A stretch of DNA of 64,000 bases, from positions 62,372,001 through 62,436,000 of the forward strand of contig OZ024741.1 in the NCBI GenBank assembly GCA_964016885.1. Direction: 5' to 3'. Below, one piece after another: positions 11,975 to 25,019 of this stretch (the stretch's first letter is position 1; the number at the start of each line of letters is the position of its first letter). The translations under genes were made by a program, and so were the position numbers. The DNA is from Eledone cirrhosa. Its lineage: Eukaryota. Under the pieces are notes generated by a model, which was not told the origin of the DNA, did not search any database, and saw nothing but the letters and a program-made list of their open reading frames with translations.

Positions 11975-13303
11975 TTATATACAAACATTCACATATTTTT
12001 TCTATTTGTTTTGCAGGATTCTTGATATGAAATCAGGTGTTCAAACATATACTGTATTTTTGAAGGGGTCACGCTTCCAATCAAAACAATCTGCCTGTCT
12101 AATGACAGTGGAGTTCTTTAAAACATTACATGGAGATAGACATGGATAGCTGCTACCGGAAATAAAATGTGTTGCTCTTATCCTATGATAGCACAGCAGT
12201 TAAATAGGGCCACCGTGAGTACATTGGCCAAAATATTGTCTCCTTTTGGTGTACTTTTACAACAAAGAGACAACTTGGTAAACACAATGTCCTTTCATCA
12301 ATGTTACAATACAAAACAGTATCACAAAATAACACTGAGTACTTTCACAAGAGTGTCATAATAATGTATTTTCATAGCTATGTCAGAACACAATATCGGA
12401 ACAACATTGTAATTTCACAATGACACAACGAAATGGACATGCACTGCAGTGTCAAAACAGAATATACTTTGACAACTGACAGAGAATACTTTCGTATCAG
12501 TGTAACAAAACAATTTAGTTTCACAGCAATGCCACAACACAGCACACATTCACAAGAAAATCACAACCTAGCAAATAGAAATCTGAATGCAATATTTTTT
12601 TCCAGTAACTTTTTTTCTGTAACTCAACCACATTCGCTCGACTAAAGTCCCATTTATTTTCTTCCCTCAAACTTTGCACATTTTATACGCCAATTCCACC
12701 CTCTATTTATATGTACTTGTATTTTTTACGTATTTAAATCTGTTTTGAGCGAAAGGGACCTGTAAAATTTTCCTATCAATTCTTTTTGTTATCGCTTCAC
12801 ATGCATCTTACCAACGGAGCTCTTTTGCCATGCATGAGGGAGTTTATCATTGCTGACTGTATTTGTACCTCTTATCGTACTGTTTATTCATCTGGGATGT
12901 TAAGGTGAGATTCTTCTTGAACATATCTACATCCGCACAATCTATAATATCTCTCAACTTCTTTTTTGCGACATATTAAAGGGATGGGAGTCCTTGCATT
13001 CAAAACGTTTTGTAGTACCTGGTCATACTCAATATGTAAAAGAAGGGGCATGTGTCATTCTGTGATGACGTCCTGTTCGGGTATGATTTCATATACAGAC
13101 CTTTTATGCTCAAACGTTGTCTTTGTGGCACTGCCATTTAATTATAACCTGAGAGAAAGATAGAGAAAAATAAATTTTTCTTTACGAAAAAAGATATTTT
13201 CTTTATTAAGGAGAGTATATATACATATAGTATATTATTTAATATTCACCCCAATTATGCATAAAAGCTGTCTAGAAATACTACCAATTAATTATAATCA
13301 TCT

Positions 13304-13497
13304 GGGCAGTGGATTGACAGTATCAGTAGAAGGTCAGACGCCATGCTTTCTATCATAGAGTTACGTTCTTTTATGGTCTGAGTTCAAATCCCGCCGAGGT
13401 AAACCTTGCCTTTCATCCTTATGGGGTCGATAAAACAAAGTACCAGTAATGCACCCGGGATCATTGCTGGCCTTGTGCCAAAAAGTAGAAACAATTA
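13304..13497 (+). mobile_element. Nin/Deu-domain tRNA-derived SINE, full length
   Basis: GGCAGTGGATTGACAG head, GAGTTCAAATCCC B box, GCCTTTCATCCTTATGGGGTCGATAAAA..GTACCAG domain, GTAGAAACAATTA end. Confidence 0.85.
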
Positions 13498-13579
13498 TAA
13501 TCATACAAGATCGCACAATGTATAAATGAGCATTTCCAGCCGATATTTTCTATTTGCTCTATGCAAATGTTCAGCAAAT

Positions 13580-13862
13580 ACGAAGACCTGCTGACCATTG
13601 TGAACGAAACGCAAATTGAGATGGTACGGGCACGTGACAAGATCATCAGGGCTTTCAAAGACTGTGTTTCAGGTAACAGTACAAGGAGAGAGGAAGAGAG
13701 GCAGACAGAGAAAGAGATGGGAAAACAACATCCCGGAATGGACAGGCGTGAGGCTAGGTGCAACCATGAGGAAGGAAGAGAGGTGAGAAGAATGGAAGGA
13801 GCTGGCTGCTTGGTCATCCGTGGAACCCCAACGGTCCACCAGACTACGAGACAGATGAGAGA
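13580..13862 (+). mobile_element. RTE LINE 3' end fragment
   Basis: An alternative frame reads KRKLRWYGHVTRSSGLSKTVFQVTVQGERKRGRQRKRWENNIPEWTG, typical of the RTE C-terminus. Confidence 0.85.
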
Positions 13863-14091
13863 TATGCACATGAACATTTCCGGATAAGTTTCATGCAAAA
13901 TTTATATAGACTCTAGTCTATTTCTATGTCTGTATTGGCTGAGTGAGTATCACTAATCGAAGATTAACGAATTTTGAAACAACGCTGACTAGAACATTCG
14001 ACCGTTACCCACTACAAACAAATTCTCTTTGCACGTGCCGAGTGGCTTGTTGTACTGGTAGGGATTGGCGGATGCAGTAGTGTGATTATGC

Positions 14092-14214
<123 letters not shown>

Positions 14215-14221
14215 TGTGTGT

Positions 14222-14430
14222 ATGTAAAAGAAATAACAACACAATCAGTGCAGTATATGGGGGGAGTATATTAGTATGACGCTTGAAATAGCAGGAATAG
14301 GGTCTTAACGTTTCGGAAACTAGTCCTTCATCACAAGAAAGAATGAGAAATAAGAAAGATTGACGTGACGAGCCGAGCGGAATCGGAAAAATGATTTTAG
14401 AGAAAAATAACAAGTCCATTCATGTTGCCA
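14222..14430 (-). mobile_element. PLE 3' terminus family M with degenerate hammerhead (14303-14338)
   Basis: Reverse complement of 40795-41012 and 45080-45275; core reads GUGAUGA-aggac tagt ttcc-GAAAcgUUaaga. Confidence 0.75.
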
Positions 14431-14549
14431 TCTCTTGGAAAACTGTTGATGCTGGCGTTTTGTGCATGATATACCTTTTTAGAAAAGTGGATGATGGAGT
14501 GCATCTACCTGAATGAAAAAAAAGCAAAATATTTTGTTGATAGAGCTAT

Positions 14550-14598
<49 letters not shown>

Positions 14599-14650
14599 TG
14601 ATGCAACAGATAGCGTAAATGAAATTAAATCACATTATTTCTGATACGTG

Positions 14651-15042
14651 TATCGGTAGAGGGTCGGACGCCATACTTTGACGCATAGAGTTACGGCCCT
14701 TGCCATTCTGAGTTCAAATCCCGCCGAGGGTTAACTTTGACTTTGCCTTTCATCCTTACGGGGTCGATAAAATAAATACCAATAATACACTAGGTAATTG
14801 CTGTCCTTGTGCCAAAAGTAGAAACAATTATTTCTGATACGTATGAGGGCGGTGGATTGGTAGTATCGGTAGAGGGTTGGACGCCATGCTTTGCAGCATA
14901 GAGTTACGGGCCCTTACGATCTGAATTCAAATCCTTTCGGGGGCGATAAAATAAAGCACCAGTAATGCACTGGGGTCGATAACATAAAGTACCAGTAATG
15001 TACTGGGTATTTGCTGGCCTTATGCCAAAAGTAGAAACAATT
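14651..15042 (+). mobile_element. Tandem Nin/Deu SINE copies
   Basis: Two SINE bodies delimited by three copies of attatttctgatacgt. Confidence 0.85.
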
Positions 15043-15324
15043 ATTTCTGATACGTGTTTCTGCAGAAGTAAATATAAATTTTAAAATATGTGCAACATCC
15101 TTTAAAATATATATAATCTATATTTTCGTTCTATAAATTTGTCATAACCCCCGTTTAACCAATTTTACGGATTTAGAAACTAAAAGGATTCGTATTATAA
15201 TATAAATGTGGAATTACATTGTGATCGAAATATCATCTACATAAATCCTTATTTACTTAGAATATGTACTTTCGTGATATATATATCTATATATATCGAT
15301 ACACGTGTACACACAAGAATATAT

Positions 15325-15430
<106 letters not shown>

Positions 15431-15490
15431 TAATGAGAGAGGGGTGGAGAGAGATACACTCACACACACACATACACTCACCCATATATA

Positions 15491-15571
15491 TATAGGGTGT
15501 CCCCCAAAAATATGTACACACTTTAATTAGAATGTTGTTGAAGTGCGTATACATTTCTGGCACACCCTATA
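15491..15571. mobile_element. Tc1/mariner-type MITE
   Basis: TA-flanked TIRs TAGGGTGTCCCCCAAAA / TTTCTGGCACACCCTA; related copy at 50028-50127. Confidence 0.7.
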
Positions 15572-15603
15572 TATATGTATATATATATATATATATACAG
15601 AGA

Positions 15604-15685
<82 letters not shown>

Positions 15686-15821
15686 TAGAGATAGAGAGAT
15701 ATGTACACACAGGTGCACATACATTCTCTGTATCATTTCACGTGGCACGTGCATTCGTTCGCAAATACTTTCTATGCACGTGTGTGCGTATTTGTTTATA
15801 TGCCTCTTTATATATGTCATT

Positions 15822-16075
15822 GGTCGATAAATAAACTACAGTAATGCACTGGATAATTGCTGGCCTTGTGCCTAAAGTAGAAACAATTATTATTGGCAGT
15901 ATCGGTAGAGGGTTGGACGCCGTGCTTTGATGCATAGAGTTACGGCCCTTGCCATTCTGTGTTCAAATCCCGCCGAGGTTAACTTTGCCTTTTATCCTTA
16001 AGGGGTCGATTAAATAAAGTACCAGTAATGCACTGGGTTATTGCTGGCCTTGTGCCAAAAGTAGAATCAATTATT
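15822..16075 (+). mobile_element. Nin/Deu SINE (partial copy plus near-full tandem copy)
   Basis: Same B box and Nin domain motifs. Confidence 0.85.
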
Positions 16076-16121
16076 ATACGTTTGTGAGCGTCTGTGTGCG
16101 TGTGTGTGTTTGTGTGTCTGT

Positions 16122-17140
16122 CTCTCCTTCTTCTGCTCCTTCCACCCCTCCCTCCACTTCACCACCTCTATCTCCACCACCGACGTCCAATTCTTAGACA
16201 TCTCCGTCGCCTTCGACCCCTTCCACCACTCCCTCGTCACCTCCGCCTTCTTCAAACCCACCGACTCCCACTCTTAGCTCGACTTCACCTCTTCCCACCC
16301 CACCCACACTAAACACTCCATTCCCTACTCCCAACTCCTCAGGATCCGCCGCCTCTGTAGCCGAGATGCTGACTTCGAGTCCCAGGCCCTTTCCCTAGTC
16401 AGCCATTTCATCCGCAGAGGTTACCCCCCTCTCTCGTCCACACGGCTCTCACCCGCGCCCGTGCTGTCCAACGCTCCACCACCTTAACCGCACGCCACCG
16501 CACACCCACCCACCGTCTCCCCTTCCCCATCACCTACCACCCCTCCACCTTACCCCTCAACCGCACCAACCGCCGCCTCTTCCGACGCCTCCAGTCCGAC
16601 CCCTCCACCTCCCACATCTTCCCAACCCCGCCACTCCCCTCCTTCAAACGCGCACGCAATCTCCGCACCCTCCTCGTCCACAGCTCCCTACTCCCCAACC
16701 CACGCTCTGTTCCCCTCCCCCTCGGTTCCTTTCCCTATTCTATGCCCCGCTGCAACACCTGTCCCCACATCACCAACACCACCACCTTCCAGGGTCCCAA
16801 CGGCCACTCTCTCTCTGTCCGGCATGCCTTCCGCTGCACCTCCTCCAACCTAGTCTACGGATTTCGCTGCACGGAGTACTGCGCGACTTATGTCGGACAG
16901 ACGGGACGTCGCCTGGCGGACCGATTCACTGAGTACCTCCGGGATATTCGTCTCGGTGGTAGTTCCCCCATCGCCCGCCACTTTGGTGGCCCTGGACATT
17001 CCGCACGCCATCTCACAGTCTGTGGCCTACTCCAATGCCACGGAACACCCACCAATCGCCTTAGAGTCGAACAAAGAACTATCTTCATCTTACAGACCCA
17101 CACTCCCCCTGGCCTGAACTCCCCACCCTTATTCCTTTAG
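16122..17140 (+). pseudogene. PLE RT-thumb + GIY-YIG endonuclease, disrupted
   Basis: PRCNTC linker and NLVYGFRC..C.TYVGQTGRRLADRF.E; one in-frame TAG and a frameshift. Confidence 0.9.
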
Positions 17141-18615
17141 CCTTCGACCGCCCCCCTCCCCCCACACTTATCCCCCACTAACACCACTAACACACCCCTC
17201 CTTTTCACCGCCTACCCCACAACTAACAATACTAACACCTCCACTCCACCCCTCATCCGACCACCCTTCCCCAACTAACATACTAACATCCCTCCCTTCT
17301 TCTCCTCCTCCCCCCTCCTTATCACACGCACACACCCACCGGCACATATATACACGCGCTCACACTAAACACACACCCTACTACCACCACTAACCCTCAC
17401 CCCCACACCTCCATCCCACCACCCCGCAACTAACCTCACTAACACCCCCTGACCCCAAGCACACGAACACACGCACCCACTTACACCACCCACCCCACAC
17501 GCAACTAACATCACTAACACCCCCCAACCCCACGCACACGTGCCCACACACCCTCGTACACCACCTACTCTACACACCCTACCACCACTAACCCCCACTC
17601 ACACCTGCATTCAACCCATTTCCACACCTCCCGTATACTAACACCCACTAACACCCCCTTCATCAAACTACACACACACCAGTACACCACACTCCCTCCA
17701 TAGAACTACACACACCCTTCTCTCCCCGCTCCACCCACACCCTCGCTCCACACTCACTCATCCCACTAACACCTCTACTAATACACACACACACCCTCCC
17801 CACTCCAACTTTCACACCTACCCATCCTCGCCCCTTTACCATTCCACCTGACTGCTGCTATGCCTTCTGACCACCTCCCAGCACAAACAGCCACACAGCA
17901 CTCCCACTGCTTGACCACTTCCTGTTGCGCGCGCACCCCACATCGCTCCTCTTCCGACCATCTCTTCATGGCATACTCGTATGTGGAACTTGACCACCAC
18001 GGAATCTACTAAACATCATAGGAATTTACCAACATTTCAACCATCCTCTTACAGAATCACCTATATAACTCACCCACACACCCAAAAAATTTTTTTTGTC
18101 CCACACGCCACCTACACCCACAACACGCTTAAACCCCACACACGTGCTTTCCACCACATATTTACACCCTCAGCTTCCTGATTCCTCTCCCCCCACCCCT
18201 CTATCCACACACGCACAGACACTCCGACCTACAACCCCCACACACACCTCTTCCTGAACATGCAACCCCGTTCTTCCCCCAACCCTTACTTTCACATACA
18301 CACACACACACACACACGTACACCTACACACACACACCACCTTCAGCCCTCCCCGCTCGGACACCCCGTCTCCCTCTCCCCATTCCACCCGCCACCACCC
18401 CTACATGCCCCACACCCTTCCACCACCTGTTTTACCCCTTTTTAATTTCAGTTTATTTTGATCATGCTTTTATATTTATTTTTATTTCATTCCTTTTATT
18501 TTGATCATGCTTTATTTCTATTTTTATTTTTAATTTCATTCGCACCGTTTCCTTTCGCTAAATGTCTCTCCACCACTCCCCTACACACCCTTTGAACTCT
18601 GTTCCCACACACTTC

Positions 18616-18650
18616 TCATCTGAGGAAGGGCTTATGCCCGAAACGTCGTT
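18616..18650 (+). ncRNA. Minimal type I hammerhead in PLE 3' UTR
   Basis: CUGAGGA-a gggc ttat gccc-GAAA-cg-UC; stem I weak. Confidence 0.75.
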
Positions 18651-18737
18651 CCCCACCACCACCCCACTCTCCAGAGCGTGAAATTAATAAACATTCGTTG
18701 TACTGCCTCTCTGTTTTGTTCCTGTTCAAATTTTTCC

Positions 18738-18849
<112 letters not shown>

Positions 18850-19130
18850 AAATAGATAGATAGATAGATAGATAAATAAATAAATAAATATGTTTCTTTA
18901 TTAGCCACAAGGGCACAAAAGAAGGGGACTAATACAAAGGGGGAAGTTTACATACAATAATAACGTGTAAAATGTTATCACAAATGCAATTTAAAAATTA
19001 GGCGATTTTCCCCAATAGGGGGTGACATTACATATGGGTAACACATACCCCCGAAAAAAAATGTGCAACCCTCATCTCCAGGAGTACGAAGAGTTTGTAC
19101 TCCTTTCCTCTCCTTCTCTTTTTCCTCAAC

Positions 19131-22100
19131 CTACAGGCTGATATAGAGAGAAGGCCCCTTCACTCGGGCCATTCTCGCCACTTTCACCCAGCTTTCATAA
19201 AACTTGCTGGGGTACAGCACCTCTCTCTCCATCCTGATTCTTCTTCCAAAGTGGTATTTGAAAAAAAGGATTAGTTGTTGGCTGGAGAGAAAGGTGTCTG
19301 ACCTCAGCCCTTTCAACCTTGTCCACCATACAACCTCTTTCGCCATAGCTATCACACAAAGAAAAACAGCCTCTCCTTCGTTTTTGAAGGAGGGTGGCGG
19401 TTTCATCACGACAATGGACTCGGTGGTCAACTGGATTGGTCCCACCCGCGACAATCATCGTTCTACATAGCCCCACAGGTCGATGACGCCCGGGCACTGT
19501 ATGAATGCGTGCGCGACGGTTTCTTCGTCTCGCACGCACCTCGGACAGATATTTTTTGCAGGGTCCCTGCCCGGGCGCCCATGTCTGTAGAGCTTGTCAC
19601 GAACTGGTAGAGCTCCTCGGTAGCACTGCCAGGCCAGGGACTTTGGAAGTTGTCCATCGGTCCCGGGCGGAAGATCCTACCGAACAGCCTTGCCAGTTCA
19701 TCTTTCTCTACGCCTAGAGTTTCACCGAGCACGTCGTCGCACTTGATGCGGATCAACCCTCTATAGAATGACGAAGTGGAGTCTCCACTGATCGCCGGGT
19801 CCGCCTGCCAGAGGGCTGTGAGCGCCTGAGCACATTCGATGTGCCAGTCGCCCATTTTTCTCGGTCTTTGCTTGACCCAGGACTGCAGCTCGGTCAGCGA
19901 GACGAGTCGTGGGAAGGCTCGCCTCACGAACGGGTCCACACCGGTTGTCCGGTGAGGAATACGTAGTGATGCCGCAGCCTGAGCGCGTGTTTGCGCATCG
20001 TCAGCCACAGTAACCGCAGCCCTACGTTGGAAGGGTGTTGGCAGCAGATGGATCTTCTCACCAAAGGAGCCCGCCTCTCCCAAAGGAATTGGAAGAGCGT
20101 GCGCTCCATTTTGGTGAGCGTTTTGGCTGGACAAGGCACGACGGTCAAGCGGTAGTAGATAGCGGACGCTATAAAAGTGTTCGCCACCTCCGCTCGACCT
20201 TTCAAGGATAGTTTGCACTCGGCTCACTTCTGGGTGAGTGCAACCACCTTGGCCGTCACCTCGTTCCAGTTCTTCTCCACCTGGAGGTCCGACCAAACCA
20301 GACCCCGAGTTTCTTTACCGGTCCTTCCGTCCAGCGTTCGACGACGCCATCGGAAGGTATCGGTTTGCCTCTCCACGATCCGAGTTGCAAACCGTTGGAC
20401 TTGTCCGGGTTCCGCTTCGCTCATGTGAACCTTTCGTATTCCTTCAGTAAGGTGCCGACTTCGTCGATTTGCGAGGTGCTCGACACCATTACTGTCGCGT
20501 CGTCGGTGTAGGCCGACGCCGCTTTCCGCAGTCCCGGTTCCAGAGGGATGCCCTGCAATAGCTCCAACTTCCGCAGTAGTGGCTCGAGAGTCAGTACGTA
20601 CAGAAGGGAGGACAGAGGGTATCCCTATCGAATGGATCGCGTGATATGGAACGGCTCCGAGAGGTAGCCGTTCACCTTGACCCTTGAGCAGATGTTGCTG
20701 TTGTGCATTGCAGCAATCCAGCCCCTGAACACGGGTCCGAAGCCTGCCGACTCGAGCACCGCATCCAGGAAACGGTGGTCAACCCTATCGAAAGCCTTAG
20801 ACTGATCCAAGTTGATCAGGGCCCCACCGAAGCCGGGTTTACACCCTACTCTCTCTATGATGTATCGCATGAGGTGGAGGTTGTCGTGTATGGACCTGGT
20901 CGGGATTGCGCATGTCTGCGCTTCTCCCATCAGGTCTTCGACGACAAGCGCCAGCCTCTTTGCCAACACCTTGGCCAAAATCTGTAACTATGTGTTTAGC
21001 AGATTTATGGGCCGGAAGTTGCCTATGTCATTCCCCTTATTCTCGTCCTTCCTGACTAGTGTGATTACGCCCACGGTCACAGGACTGGGAATTCTCCCGT
21101 TCTGTTGTCAGTTGGAGTAGAACGCTTCCAGGAGACCGGAGAATAAGTCCGGCATTGCTACGTAAAATTCGTAGGGTAGACCGTCGAGACCTGGAGATTT
21201 GCGTTTGCCGCATTGGTTCAGCGCGTCCTCTATCTCAGCGGCCGAAATCGGCTTTTCGCAGAACTTTGCCTCGCTGTACGAGAGTCACGGTAAGCCGTCG
21301 AGGCATGGACCGAAATCCATAGCCCCTCCCGGCGCGCCGCCCTGCCAGAACAGTTGAGCAAAGTGTCGCTGAAAGCCCGCACACATCTGCTTCGGCTCAC
21401 GTATCACGCGTCCGTTTTGGTCCTTCAAAGACCGAATCGTGGACTTGTTGCCACTTTTTGCCTCCGTCACTCGGGCCCAGCTAACAGCTTTGGCTCCCTC
21501 GTTTCCGAGAGCACGTATTTTGCTTCTGACAACGCAGCCCTCGAGCTTTGCGTCGAAGAACTGGTCCAAGGCCGTTCTTGTTGCGAGCACGCTGGCTACG
21601 TTGCCACTTCTAATTGCCTCTTCTACTTTATCTACCAGTTCCTTCTCGGTTCTATTTCTATCTAACGCTAATTCTTTACTAAAAACTAACGAGTCTAATC
21701 TAACTGCCCTCTTGAGAGAGTACTACCATCTGTTGTTGACAATGACCCCTGTCAAGTGCTGTTTAACTAAAGTGCTAATCCGTCTACTGTAGGCTTTGCA
21801 TGTCGGTAACGACAAGTTCAGCTTTCAGTAGCCGGGTCCTTGTCTATGGGTTCTATCAAGGTTGACCATGCAGGTCACTAGTTTATGATCTGAAAAGGCA
21901 ACCATGAACATTTGTTGACAGCTTAACATGTCCCTATCCTTATTTCTAACTAGAACCCTATCTAGGTACGATCTAGATGTTCCACTGCGATTAGTCCACT
22001 TCCACAGTGGTACAGTCGGAAAATCTAGTCGATATCTATCGGCCAGGTCAATTCGGCCGATTAACTGTTTGAGGCTGTTACACCCCCCTTTATCGGGACA

Positions 22101-22565
22101 TGCTCCCACATAGTCCCAACGTACATCTAGGAATCCATTCCAGTCCCCCACTAAAAGCAAGGAGCGGGACGTTCCCAGAAAAGCCTCTAGACGTTTGAAG
22201 AAGTCTGGCCGTGGTGTCCCAGATGGGGCATATGCGACCACCAGCCTGAAGGCTCCACCTTCACTACCGTCAACGTCTAGGACCACAAGTCGATCCTCCG
22301 GGTCCAGATGTACCGTCTGTGTTACGAGGCCCAGGTATTTTCGCAGCAAAACGGCAACCTCGCCCCCACCCCCCGGCCGACAGAGAGATGCGTAGATCTC
22401 AAAGTCATCGAAGATGGGGGCCAGCTGTCGCTCGCTGTGGATACTGGACTCGCAAATGGCTACTACATCCATACTGTGCGACCTGAGGTCGTTTAAGAGT
22501 TTGCCCTGTTTCCAGGGCATCTCCAGGCCGCGTACATTCACACATCCAACTCTTATATTGGCCAT
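19131..22565 (-). pseudogene. Tx1 ORF2 (AP endonuclease-reverse transcriptase)
   Basis: NVRGL, YAP, GDWN, SYLDR, SDH (APE); KSPGLDGLPYEFY, LDQSKAFDRVDH, YTDD (RT); C-terminal C..C..ET..H motif; several stops and frameshifts. Confidence 0.92.
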
Positions 22566-22599
22566 GTTGGTTCTGAAAAGTTAAAAGAGAAGAAAACAC

Positions 22600-24320
22600 T
22601 CACCTCTTCGTCTCCCGGGGATCAGGCCGCGCGGTTTCCATGGGGGTGTTAGAGGAGTTGTCTGGGTGGGTGGTGGTTTCCGGCGGGGTGGGGACGGAGA
22701 TGTTTGGTGGGGAGGGGGTGTCTGGGGTGAGGGTGGGGAAACTTTTTAAAAAGACGCGGTTGATGTGTTTAACGCAAGGATTACCCACGTCCTTAGGAAA
22801 GTTTTCCTTTAAAAACTTATAGGTGTCCGTAGGGACCCTAATCATCTTTAAATTAGGTTTCTCTACACAGTTCGAAAAAGTTGGATATGACCTCCATTAA
22901 AGTTTTGTTTTTACTGTTTATGTATGTGTAATGTTCTTGTTGTGTTGCGGTGGTTTTTGTCTGTTGTTCTTGTGGGAGCTTTCGTTTTGTTGTAGGTGTT
23001 TGTGTTTGGAGTGATGTCGTGGTTTTATTTTCGGGACGGGGGTGGGGTTGTTTGTAATGTTTGTGTTGTTTGTGTTGGTGGTTGTATGTTTGTAGTGATG
23101 TTTGTTGTTTTTTTGTTCTTGTGGTGTCTTTTCTTCTTTCTTTTCGAACGGAGAGGCTCTCCCTCATCGTCACTTGGTGATGATGTGGGGGCCTCGTCCG
23201 TTGTGGTGTTTGTGTTATTTGGAAGGGTTATGTTTTGGGGAGCTGTTGTCTTTGTGGGTGTTTTTGCAGTGGTTTTAGGTGGAGTGGGCTGGGTGGGACT
23301 GTGCTAGCAAGTTGGTTTGTTGTTCTTGTTTTGGTTGTGTTTGCGTGTTGTTGTTGGTGTTGTGGTGGTGGTAGTGGTGGTGGTGGTTGTGTTGTTGTTT
23401 GGGGTGTTGGCAGTAGTACCTTTTTTTGTAGTTAACTGAGGACAGTAAGCCTTCAGGTGACCACTGCTTAAACAGTGGTAACATGAAGGCCGCCTACCCT
23501 CAACAGAAATGTTTATGTGTGAAATTCTATCCAGAGGCACACGTTGGGGTATTTTAGCTATCCGTTCTGGCATCATTTGGATCAGAACTTCCATGCTTGT
23601 ACCATTGAATGTGCCTCTGGAGGACTTTCCCAACGAAATGATGGTGTCTTCGTCGAAATCGATGAAGCCAGTTAGAATCCACCAGACGTTTACATTTGGT
23701 GCAATGTTCAAAATTTTTATTTTTGTGTTCTTTTTCCCATATATGGGGGGAAAAAAGTGTAAAGGGGGGACACAATCGGCGATACAGAATATTTTTGTGC
23801 TGTCAATTGGTCTTTCAACAACACCGAAATGCTTCCAAAAAGTTTCCCTTTTTGGATGAAGGCAATATCCTTCATGGAATTCTTCAGAACCAGTTCAATA
23901 TCGTTTTGGGATAATTGAACTGGTTTTTTCGACACATTTGAAACCGTCCTAAAAATTACTGTTTTTAGAACAGTTTCTCTGCGTAACTGTTGAGGAGAAG
24001 TTATGCTGAAAGCTCCCCTCTCACTGTTTTGCATCGCTTAACATTTCCCTAGCATTGGAAATGTCAAGGTATGTGAACAGTTCCGTCTTTTGGACGGTTT
24101 GCGCAAAGGAAATCTTTTCCTTGTTCGTGGAGTTGTTCGCGTTGCTGTTGTTGTTGGTGGTGTTGTTGTTAACATTGTTGCTGTGGTTGTTGTTATCATT
24201 GTTGCTGTTGTTGTTCTTGTTGTCATTGTTGTTGTTCTTGTTGTTCTGGTTGGTGTTGCTTATATTTTGCATGTTATTGGTGTTTGTGTTAGTGTTGATG
24301 TTACAATCAACGTCCGACAT
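22600..24320 (-). pseudogene. Tx1 ORF1 (nucleic-acid binding, Zn knuckle)
   Basis: Fragments include SFAQTV, VEGRRPSCYHCLSSGHLKAYC and Asn/Thr-rich tracts; ends ~35 bp before the ORF2 ATG. Confidence 0.75.
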
Positions 24321-24689
24321 CGTGTTTTCAAAACTGACGACATTTTCGATGTCTTTCAATGAGGTGGTGAGAGAAGGTGACTGCGAGCTTAACACTCTTA
24401 CCGCCTCTCCACCACTTCTAGTTATGAACGCAGCGTTCATGACTGAATGCAAGGTTTGTTTACACTTTTTTATATATAATAGTGAGGAAGAAGGATATAG
24501 AATTTGATAGGGAAACATGTTACAATTGTAAATGAACAACCAAAAAACCTGAGTTTCGACATGGATTAATGTAAACTCGTTAGTGAGTTCAGAGAAACTG
24601 ACTGAGTTTCACTCCTAAATATTTTATTCGGTAATTTCTCTAAGTAAAAGAAATTCACAGCGAAGGAATGTTGTCATGGTGTTCTTTTG

Positions 24690-24980
24690 CTGGATTGACA
24701 GTATCGGTAGAGCATCGGATACCATGCCGAGGTTAGCTTTGTCAACGTTAACGCCCGCTTAACTAATTCCCTAATCTGAGTCCAGGAGGATGGTCCGTAT
24801 TGCATGATCGAGGACTTCTACGGAACAAAATAATTGTAATGAATTTGGTATCTTTCTCATTGATATTATTTAACCCTGCCGAGGTTAACTTTGCCTTTCA
24901 TCCTTACGGGGTCGATAAAATAAAGTACCAGTAATACACTGAGTAATTGCTGGCCTTGTGCCAAAAGTAGAAACAATTAT
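24690..24980 (+). mobile_element. Nin/Deu SINE fragments
   Basis: Head at 24690; truncated copy 24876-24977 flanked by attatttaacc(c)tg duplication. Confidence 0.75.
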
Positions 24981-25019
24981 TTAACCTGAAAATTGCTCTA
25001 ATGAACATCAAGCCGCTAC

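Larger units (their letters stand above)
18892..24610 (-). mobile_element. Near full-length L1-Tx1 clade LINE, frameshifted
   Basis: ORF1 with CCHC knuckle; ORF2 with APE, RT and Cys-rich end; 3' AATAAAGAAAC abutting a microsatellite. The 5' boundary is approximate. Confidence 0.9.

Noticed and set aside
14009-14082. CACTAC..GTAGTG ends suggesting a CACTA MITE
   Set aside because: Only a 6 bp match and no target duplication.
24545-24615. Hammerhead-like GAAActcagUC / CUAACGA..GAAAC near the Tx1 5' end
   Set aside because: The core is mutated and the stems do not pair consistently.
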